DNA of 64,000 nt, taken from the NCBI GenBank assembly GCA_964544935.1, contig CAZJDZ010000004.1, positions 15,802 through 79,801 on the forward strand, given 5' to 3'. This document shows, in pieces, positions 28,082 to 38,031 of the stretch. How positions within the stretch are numbered: position 1 is the first letter of the stretch; every line of letters starts with the position of its first letter. Under the pieces are notes generated by a model, which ran no database searches, had not been told where the DNA came from, and was given only the letters and a program-made list of their open reading frames with translations. The translations under genes and the position numbers were made by a program. Source of the stretch: an uncultured Candidatus Saccharibacteria bacterium (GTDB lineage: Bacteria > Patescibacteriota > Minisyncoccia > Phycocordibacterales > UBA5272).

Positions 28082-31000
28082 TTAAGCATTCTTTGCTTGA
28101 GTGGCGACTTTTAGTGCTCTATCAAATAACTGACTGAGAGTCTCCTCTTTGTTGTTAACAGAAGTATCTTTTTGTTCTGATTCAACAATAAGTTTCAAGA
28201 TCTGAATAATACTGCAAAGATCCCTTCTTTCTTCGTTCGTAATACCATATACACCATCTGATGAATTAAGTAAATCATATACACGCATTGAAGATGTTTT
28301 TGTTAATGTTGCTGCGTTCCCTTTTTCAAGTGTTGTATATGGTGAATACTTTTTTATAAATGTATAGAAGTCATACTGTTTTGTATTGAGAAGATCATCA
28401 ACAAAAGATTCTATAGTAAAATCTTTGTTTTTTTCAAAATCATTTTTTTTAAGTGTAATCTGGTTGTACCGATACTTGAGATCATCTGTCCAAGAAACCG
28501 CCTCCCCAAGAGTAGCTGCTCTTCTTGGTGTGCCAACAGCGGATTCTTCTTCTTTTTTAAGCAATAACCCAACCCCCGCTCCGGATGCCATTACTGCTGC
28601 GGTAGCAATTGCAAAAGCAAACCGTTGCCAAGGTTTTAGATTTTTAAGATCTGTGTTTTTAAAACGAGTTGAACGAGTTGCAAGAAGAGTATCAACAGCT
28701 TTTTGCTTGAGAAGCCTTTCATTATTTGATTCAGGTAGAATAGCAGCTTGCTCTGGAATAGGAATCTCTTCTTCTACAGGGGTTGCACCAGACATAACAA
28801 ATTCTGCGTGTTTGATCCCTTCTTGATGTATGTCATCTCTCGTAACTGAACGCACCATGCCTTCATGATGGTTAGGAACAACTTTTTGAGTAAGTAGAGA
28901 TTCTTCTTTACGCTTCGCACTAAGTTCCTCATCAGTCATATTTTTTTCATCCGGCATTTTTCTACTTCTTTGTGCAAGATCATAATCCATCTTAGCAGAT
29001 AGATTAAACAAACCAGTCGGACGATCTTTTCCAACTGCATCCATAGAGGGGTCATGTGCTGGGCTGTAGGTTTGTCTATATTTTCTATCTATTACACCTG
29101 GAGCATAATCTTTCAGAGGGATGCTCCTCTCTTTGAATTCCCTTCTTTGAGAGAATTCAAAATGTTCGTCTTCCAATTTTGTTATAAGATTTCTCGCTTC
29201 TTCTAGATCTGTTGTTAGTTTCAGTACTTTAGTTACATCTTTGCCTCCCTCCTCTTCAAGTTCTTTTTCCTTATCCCGTATACCGGCCTTTATGGAGTCC
29301 ATCTCTCTTTGTAAATTTTCTAAGTACTCAGCAAAGACAGCCTCAATAGCATCTTTGTTGGGATCATCTCGTCCCCATGTTTTGTTAAGATACAGTTCTT
29401 TGTATTTATCCTTATATTTTTTAAAATTTTCTCTGTGAATATTGATTAGTTCTGCTTGAGCTTGAACCTTCTTGGTGTCTCCTATTTCTTTTATATAAAC
29501 ACCTTTACCTGCTTGTTCTCTCCTCCATTCTCCTGCTGTGGTTCTTCTTCCTCCGGCACGGAGTACTATTGCGGTGTCGGGTGCCCTCTTCACCACCCCT
29601 CCTTGAGTTATCTTGAGATGATTTTCAGCTCCTTTAAGTACGTCACGAAAAGCCTTAACCATATTTTTATATTCCGCAGCAAGCACCCCTACTGTTTCAT
29701 TGAGGGTCATTTGTTGTACAATTTGATCCTGTAAAGCACTTAATTTTATTTCTAGGTTTTGAAGAAAGTTTCTCTCTGTTTCGTTTTCAATTCCATCAAA
29801 CAATGAATTTTTAAGAGCAATACCTTCCATGTGATCTTTCTGGCTTTCCTTAAAAGATACCTCAAGTGCTTTTTTCGCCTCTTCTTGTACCCGAAGTTCT
29901 TCTTGCCTTTTTACCTCTGCTGCTGTGTACTCTTTCCAAGACTCTTCTGCCTCAACTATTCTATTTCGAAATACCTCAAGGAGAACAAAAACACCCTCTG
30001 TGTTTTTTTCAGATAACGCACGTAGAATTTCATTTTTTGCTTCGATAAGTTCTCCATATTTTGCTATTTTCTGTAGACTCTCTCTGGAAGTTTTGCCTTT
30101 AAAAAATGTAAGATATACAGCCATTTCCTGATCAAAATTTGTTTTTATTCTTGCCCAAGCATCACCATCATCAAGCTTCTCTCCACCAAAAAACCAAACA
30201 CCATTTTTGGCTGTAGTGATTGTTTTAGGCCAACCGCTCCAAATATCAAGACTAATACTTGGGTTCTTTGGTTGTTTGACAGGAGCGATTTCTACTGGTT
30301 CAGGTTGTTTAGGTTTTGGCGCATCTTCTAAAAATGTTTTTGCTTTTTCTTGTGCTCCACTGATTTGACGTTCGAGAGTTCTAAGACCTGCTTCAAAAGC
30401 TCCAAAAGCATAAGGAGAAGGGTCTTTTTGTAAGTCGTTACGTAGACGAGTAACGTCCTCTATTTGTTTTTCGATAAAGTCTGTATGAAATATAGGTAGA
30501 TTAAAATCATCCCCTAGAGTTTTTTTGAGAGAATCAGCTTCATCAAGTAAGGCAGTATATTGTTCAGAAAGAAGTTTTATTTTTTCTGCAGTACTTACTA
30601 GTGATTCCTCTCCTTGTGCTTTTTCTCCATCTTTAATAAGCGTTTCAAACTGATCGAGTAATTCCTCAAGAGCATCAAGCGCAAGAGGTGTTTTTTCGGT
30701 GTCGATGTCTATTTCTGGAGATTTTTCTAACCACTCTAGACTTTCAAATGCAGTATTAATAGCATTAAAAATAACAGTCTTTTTGTCTTGGTCTGTTATG
30801 ATACTCATTTTTGGTTGCAGTAATTCAAAACGCTGTTCTAGTTTCCCAAAATGACGAGCGAACATAGTGCGCTCTTGAAGTTTTTTAGCGTCTACTATTT
30901 TCTCATTTTCTGGCTCCTCATCATCAACCTCTTGAACAAGTTTTAGAGGATTACCTTCAGCGTCTCTTTCAATAACAATACCGGCATCCCTTGCCAGTCT

Positions 31001-31300
31001 TCCAAGCTCGAGAAGTTCCCCCTCTTCCTTTCCTCTTTTTTTAGGGCCAAGCTCCATCCCGACATTTTTGCTGTAAGGTGTTTTTAGAATCTTTGCGGTT
31101 GTTTCTTGTGGAAAAGCCTTCTCTTTTTTGGTATATATTGTAAATGTACCTGCTTTCTGTGGTGAAAAACGATTAAACGGGCCAGCTGTTCCAGATTGCC
31201 TCAAGACTCCCCCATTATTAGGAAGTGTCATAGAACTCTCTCCGTAAGACTCTAGGCCTTTGGAAAAGTCATCACTAGAAGCAGGAAGTTTATCGTCCAT
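28082..31300 (-). CDS. large coiled-coil hypothetical protein with a C-terminal hydrophobic segment
   Basis: 1072 aa, Glu/Lys-rich, TM-like FAFAIATAAVMASGAGVGLLL. Confidence 0.8.
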   Translation of the reverse strand: MDDKLPASSDDFSKGLESYGESSMTLPNNGGVLRQSGTAGPFNRFSPQKAGTFTIYTKKEKAFPQETTAKILKTPYSKNVGMELGPKKRGKEEGELLELGRLARDAGIVIERDAEGNPLKLVQEVDDEEPENEKIVDAKKLQERTMFARHFGKLEQRFELLQPKMSIITDQDKKTVIFNAINTAFESLEWLEKSPEIDIDTEKTPLALDALEELLDQFETLIKDGEKAQGEESLVSTAEKIKLLSEQYTALLDEADSLKKTLGDDFNLPIFHTDFIEKQIEDVTRLRNDLQKDPSPYAFGAFEAGLRTLERQISGAQEKAKTFLEDAPKPKQPEPVEIAPVKQPKNPSISLDIWSGWPKTITTAKNGVWFFGGEKLDDGDAWARIKTNFDQEMAVYLTFFKGKTSRESLQKIAKYGELIEAKNEILRALSEKNTEGVFVLLEVFRNRIVEAEESWKEYTAAEVKRQEELRVQEEAKKALEVSFKESQKDHMEGIALKNSLFDGIENETERNFLQNLEIKLSALQDQIVQQMTLNETVGVLAAEYKNMVKAFRDVLKGAENHLKITQGGVVKRAPDTAIVLRAGGRRTTAGEWRREQAGKGVYIKEIGDTKKVQAQAELINIHRENFKKYKDKYKELYLNKTWGRDDPNKDAIEAVFAEYLENLQREMDSIKAGIRDKEKELEEEGGKDVTKVLKLTTDLEEARNLITKLEDEHFEFSQRREFKERSIPLKDYAPGVIDRKYRQTYSPAHDPSMDAVGKDRPTGLFNLSAKMDYDLAQRSRKMPDEKNMTDEELSAKRKEESLLTQKVVPNHHEGMVRSVTRDDIHQEGIKHAEFVMSGATPVEEEIPIPEQAAILPESNNERLLKQKAVDTLLATRSTRFKNTDLKNLKPWQRFAFAIATAAVMASGAGVGLLLKKEEESAVGTPRRAATLGEAVSWTDDLKYRYNQITLKKNDFEKNKDFTIESFVDDLLNTKQYDFYTFIKKYSPYTTLEKGNAATLTKTSSMRVYDLLNSSDGVYGITNEERRDLCSIIQILKLIVESEQKDTSVNNKEETLSQLFDRALKVATQAKNA

Positions 31301-31571
31301 AGATAGCCCCAGTATACTTTAATTTACAAGTCTTTTAGACCACTTCTCCACATCTATAGGGGTACAATTCTATTGTACTTACCAAGTACAATTTGGTATA
31401 CTAGGGGCACACTCCTTACAGGGGGAAATTCTTGACAAAAATTTCTTATGTATTATTACAAAGAAATTTTTTGTCTTCATCAAAAAGAATTATAGTTTCT
31501 ATAATTTTACCAAACTTATTGTAGTAGATACTCAAAAACGCTTCCATAGAGCGTCATATACCGCCCCCTTT

Positions 31572-32582
31572 TTGGCAATTTTGGTTGCTTTTACTCCCGT
31601 CTCCCCTGCATCTGCAGGAGTAATTAGTAATTTTACTGATAAAGTAAAGGCTATTTTTGTCGAAACACCTCTTCCTGAAGAAGAAGTGTCTCTTGCTACC
31701 ACACAAACAATGGCACTATTCAAGCCAACTATTATTGATGGAACAACAACTGATGGCGCTGAAGAAGCTATGAATCTTGAGCAAGATTCTCTTCAAGCAG
31801 TTTCAGGACCACTTCGAGTTTCAACAGAAGATGTTGATTTTCCAACAACTGATATAATTAGTGTGTATGAGGTTAAAAAAGGAGACACACTCCAGACAGT
31901 TGCAAAACTTTTTAATGTTTCAGTGAACACAATTATGTGGGCGAACAATCTCACCTCTAAAACAATTTCAAAAGGAGATACTCTTGTTATTTTGCCTGTT
32001 ACAGGAATCAAGCATCTAGTTAAAAAAGGAGACACTATCGCATCTGTTGCAAAGAAGTACAAAGCTGACGAACAGGATATCGCAAGTTATAACGGTTTAG
32101 CTGTGGATGCAGAACTTGCAGTGAGCGATACAGTTATTGTTCCTGATGGTGAAATTGAAATTATTCAAGCTGCCCCAAAAACATCAAAGTCAAAGTCAAA
32201 GCCGCGAGTTCTCAACAGTTACACATATTCAGCCCCTTCTGGTTTTCTTGTTAGGCCTGTGGTTGGAGGGCGTAAGTCTCAAGGGATTCATGGGCATAAC
32301 GGTGTAGATATAGCTGCAAGTATTGGGACTCCTGTTCTTGCGTCAGCATCTGGTCGTGTGATTATCGCTAGACTTGGTGGATACAACGGAGGATATGGAA
32401 ATATGATTATTATTTCTCATGATAAAGGGGTTCAGACGGTATATGGTCACCTTAATGCTATTAATGTGACACAAGGTCAGACGGTTACACAAGGTCAACA
32501 GATTGGAGAAGTTGGTAATACAGGAAGATCAACAGGTTCCCATCTTCACTTTGAAGTTCGTGGTGCAAAAAATCCATTTTAG
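31572..32582 (+). CDS. LysM-LysM-M23 peptidoglycan endopeptidase (true start probably further upstream)
   Basis: Two LysM domains (YEVKKGDTL, HLVKKGDTI), M23 motifs HNGVD, YGHL, STGSHLHFEV. Confidence 0.93.
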   Translation: MAILVAFTPVSPASAGVISNFTDKVKAIFVETPLPEEEVSLATTQTMALFKPTIIDGTTTDGAEEAMNLEQDSLQAVSGPLRVSTEDVDFPTTDIISVYEVKKGDTLQTVAKLFNVSVNTIMWANNLTSKTISKGDTLVILPVTGIKHLVKKGDTIASVAKKYKADEQDIASYNGLAVDAELAVSDTVIVPDGEIEIIQAAPKTSKSKSKPRVLNSYTYSAPSGFLVRPVVGGRKSQGIHGHNGVDIAASIGTPVLASASGRVIIARLGGYNGGYGNMIIISHDKGVQTVYGHLNAINVTQGQTVTQGQQIGEVGNTGRSTGSHLHFEVRGAKNPF

Positions 32583-32593
32583 TTAAATAATAT

Positions 32594-33106
32594 ATGAAAC
32601 CCCTTAAACTCACTATTAAAAAATTTTCATATAGGTATGCTCAAATTTTTTCAAAATTACGAAGAGATATAGATAACGAATCAGAGTATGTGCTTGGGAA
32701 TAAGGGAGAAAGAAAAGAAAATGCTCTACATGTTATTGTTAGACTTTTGATTAGTCAAAGAAGAATGGTTACTTTTTTAGCATTTGATGATGATTTTGTG
32801 ATCGGGTATGTAAGTCTTGTTTTCCCAAGATTTTCAAAAATGAAAGGAAACACATATCTCACTATTTCTGTGCGCGAAGCATACAGAGGTAAAGGTGTAG
32901 GAAGTGCTCTTATGGAAACTGCCGAGAAGTACGCACAAGCACAAGGAATGAGAAGAATAGAGCTTGAAGTTTTTGGAAAAAATAAAAACGCGATTGCGCT
33001 CTATGCAAAGAGAGGGTATGTTGTTGAAGGAACTAAGAAGGATGCTGTGTATAATTTGGGTGCATTTGACGACATCATCATTATGACCAAAAGAATAGGC
33101 GCTTAA
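32594..33106 (+). CDS. GNAT family N-acetyltransferase
   Basis: V...YRGKGVGSALM, N..AIALY.K.GY..EG. Confidence 0.9.
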   Translation: MKPLKLTIKKFSYRYAQIFSKLRRDIDNESEYVLGNKGERKENALHVIVRLLISQRRMVTFLAFDDDFVIGYVSLVFPRFSKMKGNTYLTISVREAYRGKGVGSALMETAEKYAQAQGMRRIELEVFGKNKNAIALYAKRGYVVEGTKKDAVYNLGAFDDIIIMTKRIGA

Positions 33107-33150
33107 TGTGCTCGATGAAGTACCCTATGATAGGGTTTGAGGAATAAAAG

Positions 33151-33191
33151 ATTAAGAAAGGGCGACACCGAAGGTGTCGCCCTTTTTTAAT
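33151..33191. terminator. palindrome with GAA triloop, bidirectional terminator-like
   Basis: AAAGGGCGACACC-GAA-GGTGTCGCCCTTT between convergent genes. Confidence 0.75.
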
Positions 33192-33227
33192 AGTCTTACA
33201 AACAAAGTGTTCTTTTTTATCTTCTTC

Positions 33228-34784
33228 CTATAATCTGTCCTGATACAATTTTGGTCTGTATTGAAATGCCTCAAGAATATCAGCTTCTGCAATGGTTGCT
33301 GATCCTCTGTAGTCTGCAATGGTTCTTGCAAGACGAAGCACGCGGTGATATGCACGTGGAGAAAGTGTATATGTGGTTGCTAGTTTTTTCATGAGCTGTA
33401 AACAGGTTTCATCAAGCATGATATATTTTGCGATATCCTTTGCCCCCATGTCTTTATTTTTTGAGATACGAGTACTTCCAGATGTATGAAAACGGTTTCG
33501 AGCGAAATCTCGTGCATTCTTAACACGCACCCGCACGGTGTCACTCCCTTCAACTTCTTGTGTATGGGCAAGCGTATCATAATCTATATGCTGCACAGGT
33601 ACCCACATATCGATACGGTCCATGATTGGGCCTGAGAGTTTGCGAGCGTATCTATCTATGTCTGATGGTTTACAGATACATTTCTTCTGCTTACTTCCCA
33701 TATATCCGCACGGACATGGATTCATTGATGCGATAAGTGTGCATGATGCAGGAAATGTAAAAGATCCTTTTGCTCGCGAAACAGTGATATGTCCCTCCTC
33801 TAACGGTTCCCTGAGTGATTCGATAACTCGTTTATCGAACTCAGGAAATTCATCCAAGAAAAGTACACCAAGATGAGACAAGGTTACTTCTCCTGGACGA
33901 GGATTAGTCCCTCCTCCAACAAGAGAGACATGCGAAGATGTATGGTGAGGACTGCGAAGCGGTGGATGAGTGATGAGTGTTGTATCTTTGCCGACAAGTG
34001 AATGAATACGAGTGACAACAAGCGCTTCTTCTTCTGTGAGTGGTGGAAGAATTCCTGTGAAAGCTCGAGCAAGCATAGTCTTTCCAGTTCCTGGTGGTCC
34101 GTAGAGTGCAATGTTATGTCCACCAGCTGCCGCTATCTCAAGTGCACGTTTTGCAGATTCTTGACCTTTGATATCTTTGAAATCTAAAAAAGAATTTGGT
34201 CTCTGGTATGTCAGTGTAGTCTTTTTTTCTGGGGTGAGTTCCGCAATTGTTTGGTTATTTTCTAAAGTTCCTCCTACATGAAGAATAATATCAGTAAGTG
34301 TTTTACATCCATACACAGTAAGTCCCTCAATAAGTGCAGCCTCTTCTCTGTTAGTGTAGGGCACATACAGTGCACGAGCCCCATGCTTTTTTGCGTACGC
34401 TGCAATAACAAGAATTCCTTTCATGGGAAGAATTTCTCCAGTAAGTGAAAGTTCTCCTACGAACCATCCGACACCAGAAGCAATTTTGAGCTGTTTTGAG
34501 GCAGCAAGATATGCGAGAGCAATTGGTACATCAAAATGTGACCCTTCTTTTTTAACATTTGCAGGACTGAGTGACACAATTACTTTTTGATTTTCTGTTT
34601 TTGGATTTCGGGCGCCTATATTTTTAAGTGCGGCGATGATTCTATCTTTACTCTCATCAATTGCTTTATCGGGAAGTCCTACAATAGAAAAAGAGTAGAG
34701 TCCTGAAGAGACATCAACTTCAACAGTTACTTTCTCGGCTTCTAACCCAACGATGTGAGCACAGGATATTGTGGCAACACTCAT
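33228..34784 (-). CDS. comM: ComM/YifB Mg-chelatase-like AAA+ ATPase
   Basis: VGLPD, GELSL.G, GPPGTGKTM, R.PHH, GVLFLDE.PEF, MNPCPCG, R.ARTIAD. Confidence 0.92.
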   Translation of the reverse strand: MSVATISCAHIVGLEAEKVTVEVDVSSGLYSFSIVGLPDKAIDESKDRIIAALKNIGARNPKTENQKVIVSLSPANVKKEGSHFDVPIALAYLAASKQLKIASGVGWFVGELSLTGEILPMKGILVIAAYAKKHGARALYVPYTNREEAALIEGLTVYGCKTLTDIILHVGGTLENNQTIAELTPEKKTTLTYQRPNSFLDFKDIKGQESAKRALEIAAAGGHNIALYGPPGTGKTMLARAFTGILPPLTEEEALVVTRIHSLVGKDTTLITHPPLRSPHHTSSHVSLVGGGTNPRPGEVTLSHLGVLFLDEFPEFDKRVIESLREPLEEGHITVSRAKGSFTFPASCTLIASMNPCPCGYMGSKQKKCICKPSDIDRYARKLSGPIMDRIDMWVPVQHIDYDTLAHTQEVEGSDTVRVRVKNARDFARNRFHTSGSTRISKNKDMGAKDIAKYIMLDETCLQLMKKLATTYTLSPRAYHRVLRLARTIADYRGSATIAEADILEAFQYRPKLYQDRL

Positions 34785-35545
34785 TAGTGAAGTATAGCAC
34801 TCTTGAGTGCAAGAATACCTTCTTTACTATTTGAAATGAGAAGTGTATTGCTTCCTACGAAAGCATAGACAACTGCCTTGCCATCTTTTGACCATACACG
34901 CATATTTTGGTTAGAAATAGTTATATCATAAAAAGCAGAGGTTACAGGAGGAGGTGTCGGCACTTCAACAGGTGTTGATGTTGCTTTAGTTGTTGTTGCT
35001 GTTTTTTGTGTTGAAGTGGCGGTAGTAGTAGTTGCTGTCGTTGTTGTGGCGTTAGTTTGTGTTGGTGTTGTGGTTGCAATAACAGGAGAAACTATACCAA
35101 AAAGTAAAGCAAGTTCATCTATGTACGAGGTTTCATTTCTCGTCATGTATGCAAACACAGCTGAGTAATCGCTAATAGTTACTATGTATCCTTGGTCCTT
35201 CTTTTCAACTTTAGTAATAAAACGCCCTATTTGACCTGAAAGTGTCGGAGAGATAGTTTGCATATCAGAAATTACTTTTGGAATCGTAGGGAGAGGCGTC
35301 TCCTGCGTAACTGGAGCAGCTGTATCTTCTTTAAAATAAAAATAACCAAGAACTCCGAACCCAAGGAGGCAAAGTATAAAAAATGCAACAAGTGCTATTA
35401 AAAAAACAGGCTGCTTTGTAGGAGAATCTGCGGTGGGAATATTACCAACATCGTTTGATGCAGCAGAAATCCCTGTAAGCGAAGCCTCCTTCCTTTTTAT
35501 TTCTGTAGCAATATCTTGTTCAAAGGTGTCGACTTTAGGCATCAT
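34784..35545 (-). CDS. membrane-anchored protein with Thr-rich tract
   Basis: One TM helix and a T-rich low-complexity segment; abuts comM. Confidence 0.75.
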   Translation of the reverse strand: MMPKVDTFEQDIATEIKRKEASLTGISAASNDVGNIPTADSPTKQPVFLIALVAFFILCLLGFGVLGYFYFKEDTAAPVTQETPLPTIPKVISDMQTISPTLSGQIGRFITKVEKKDQGYIVTISDYSAVFAYMTRNETSYIDELALLFGIVSPVIATTTPTQTNATTTTATTTTATSTQKTATTTKATSTPVEVPTPPPVTSAFYDITISNQNMRVWSKDGKAVVYAFVGSNTLLISNSKEGILALKSAILH

Positions 35546-35625
35546 ATGTTTAGTAGTGTATCAGAAAATACACCCACATTTTTATTGTGAGTGTATTTCA
35601 TGTGAATAGATGGAAACCGGTTCTT

Positions 35626-36267
35626 TTATAGTGTTACGTTAGATGATGGAGGAGTATCCCCGCTAAATATTCCAAGGTCTTCATCTGAAAATTCTTTTCG
35701 AACAACTTTTTTACCATGCGGTTTTGTTTTCTTTGCTGCAGACGGAGCACGACGGACACGGTACCCCATAAGATATTTTTCTGGATGGTCACACATATCT
35801 ATAAAATCTTCGCATGCTTCACGGAGTTTTGTAGAAGATGATCTACCAAAAGAAATAACCTCAACTTGGACACCGAAGTGCTCTTTTAAGAAGTTAACAA
35901 GCGGAACGAAGTCCCCATCCCCTGTTGCAAGCACGATAGTGTCTACTTTTGGAGCAAGACGAATTGCGTCAACGGCAAGACCAACATCCCAGTCTGCTTT
36001 CTTTGCCCCTCCATAAAATATCTGAAGGTCTTTTGTTTTTGTTTCGATGCCGAGCTTGGTCAGAGCTTCAAAGAATTGAGTCTCGTCCCCCGCTTCGGTG
36101 GTGATAACATAGGCAATTGCACGGATAAGCTTACGCTTACCGAGTGCGTTTTCCATAATTGCTCCGAAGTTTACTTTGGTATTATAGAGATTTTTTGCGC
36201 TGTGGTATAAATTTTGTGTATCAATAAAAATTGCGACACGCTGGTCGCTGTGTTTAATAACTGACAT
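35626..36267 (-). CDS. NYN domain (LabA/DUF88, PIN-like) protein
   Basis: FID.QNL, K.DWDV..AVD, GDGDF.PL, S..L...C..F. Confidence 0.92.
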   Translation of the reverse strand: MSVIKHSDQRVAIFIDTQNLYHSAKNLYNTKVNFGAIMENALGKRKLIRAIAYVITTEAGDETQFFEALTKLGIETKTKDLQIFYGGAKKADWDVGLAVDAIRLAPKVDTIVLATGDGDFVPLVNFLKEHFGVQVEVISFGRSSSTKLREACEDFIDMCDHPEKYLMGYRVRRAPSAAKKTKPHGKKVVRKEFSDEDLGIFSGDTPPSSNVTL

Positions 36268-36465
36268 ATATGGTGCTAAGGTGTAGCGTATAGTGCGTAG
36301 CGTATAAAAAAGTACAGCACATAAAAAGCTACACAGGTATAAAAATTATTTAAAAAATAGAAACTATAGTTAGTATACACCTACAAAGAATGTTCTTCCT
36401 GTGTAAATGAAGAAATGACGCGTACAGCGTCATTTCTTCTGGTTAACAGCTGGTGACTGTTGTGT

Positions 36466-36729
36466 TTACTTAAGTCCGAGTTTTGTAACGAGGGCGGTGT
36501 AACGCTTCTTGTTACTGGTCTCAAGATACTTAAGGTGTGAACGACGATCAGCAACCATCTGAATAAGTCCACGACGTGAGTGATTATCCTTTGCGTGTGT
36601 CTTAAGATGATTAGTGAGTTCAGTGATTTTTTTACTCAAAATAGATACCTGAACCTCTGGAGATCCTGTATCTTTTGCGTGAATTTGAACGTTTTTGATG
36701 GCAGTAGCCTTTTTCTTAGATGTAAGCAT
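36466..36729 (-). CDS. rpsO: 30S ribosomal protein S15
   Basis: DTGSPEVQV, HL..H.KD.HSRRGL. Confidence 0.98.
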   Translation of the reverse strand: MLTSKKKATAIKNVQIHAKDTGSPEVQVSILSKKITELTNHLKTHAKDNHSRRGLIQMVADRRSHLKYLETSNKKRYTALVTKLGLK

Positions 36730-37007
36730 AATATATAACTATTGCCACATCATATCATATATTGTATAAAAAAGCAACCCCCAGCGGGCAGGGTTTAGGA
36801 GTTGGGGTTTAGGAGCTAGAAAACTATTAAATATAAGAGTTTTTACAAAATAGAAGAAATTTTAGCTTGGCTAACCCTTTAACCCATTTTTTCCATACTA
36901 TTATTTTCCGACATTGGGATATACTTAAGAGAATATAGAAGACAGAGTATAGAATTTAGTATTTTCTATCTTCTAAAATCTATCCTCTAATTTCTATCCT
37001 CTGCCAC

Positions 37008-37952
37008 ATGTCTTCCCTCTTTTCCCTCAAACAAGATTTTCTTCAGTACATAGAAATTGAAAAAGGTCGCAGTGCTCTTACTGTGCGTAACTACGACCAT
37101 TATCTGACTCGATTTTTGGATTTTGCAAAAGTAGATTCCCCTTCAGATATTACTGAAAGCATGATGCGAGAATACCGCGTGTATCTTAATCGTCATCCAG
37201 CACGGGAAGCAAAAAAAGGACAAGCCCAAGATACTCTTGATAAAAAGACTCAGAACTACCATCTCATAGCACTTCGGGCATTCTTTAAATATATTAGAAA
37301 ACGTGGTGTACAAGGGTATGACCCAGAACGTATTGAGTTAGCTAAGACATCACAGCGTGAGCTTGACCTTATCTCTGAAAAAGAATTAAACGAACTTCTC
37401 TCTGCTCCTGATACAGGAACAATCGCAGGGCTTCGTGATAAAGCTATCTTGGAACTTTTTTTCTCAACAGGGCTTCGTGTGTCTGAGCTATGCTCACTCG
37501 ATAGAGATATAGATCTTGGTAATGGTGAGATATCTGTTCGAGGAAAAGGTGGAAAAATTCGCGTGGTATTTATTTCTGGCTCTGCTCATGCAGCAGTAAA
37601 AGCATATATTAAGAACCGCGTTGATATTGATGAAGCGATGTTCATCGACCACTCCCCTCGTGCACATTCTCGTATGGTGCAAGAAGAGTCAGTCAGACTT
37701 ACCCCTAGGAGTGTCGAACGAACTGTGCAGAAATATGCAGAGCGTGTCGGTATCGCCAAGAAGTGTACCCCTCACGTACTACGTCACTCGTTCGCAACTG
37801 ATCTTCTTTATAACGGTGCTGACCTTCGTACTGTACAGATGATGCTTGGGCATGCATCAATCGCAACAACGCAGATTTATACAAATGTCACTAACAAGTT
37901 CCTCAGAGATCAGTATGAAAAGTTTCACGGGAAGAAAAAGAAAGAAGAGTAG
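37008..37952 (+). CDS. XerC/XerD-family tyrosine recombinase
   Basis: SAM-like N-terminus, RD.AILE...STGLRVSEL, GKG.K.R, H.LRHSFAT, LGH....TTQIYT; no integron-integrase insertion apparent. Confidence 0.93.
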   Translation: MSSLFSLKQDFLQYIEIEKGRSALTVRNYDHYLTRFLDFAKVDSPSDITESMMREYRVYLNRHPAREAKKGQAQDTLDKKTQNYHLIALRAFFKYIRKRGVQGYDPERIELAKTSQRELDLISEKELNELLSAPDTGTIAGLRDKAILELFFSTGLRVSELCSLDRDIDLGNGEISVRGKGGKIRVVFISGSAHAAVKAYIKNRVDIDEAMFIDHSPRAHSRMVQEESVRLTPRSVERTVQKYAERVGIAKKCTPHVLRHSFATDLLYNGADLRTVQMMLGHASIATTQIYTNVTNKFLRDQYEKFHGKKKKEE

Positions 37953-37966
37953 CTGGAAACATTTTT

Positions 37967-37995
37967 TTGACATGTGCATATTTTTATAGTATTAT
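37967..37995 (+). promoter_or_regulatory. sigma70 promoter
   Basis: TTGACA-17 nt-TATTAT upstream of 38032. Confidence 0.7.
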
Positions 37996-38031
37996 AAAGT
38001 CCGTTCTGATCTTTGAAGAAAGGTTCTCATC

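Noticed and set aside
37008-37952. Integron integrase with attC cassettes
   Set aside because: Sequence is Xer-like without an evident IntI insertion; the 29-bp sites lack the RYYYAAC...GTTRRRY long-hairpin form of attC
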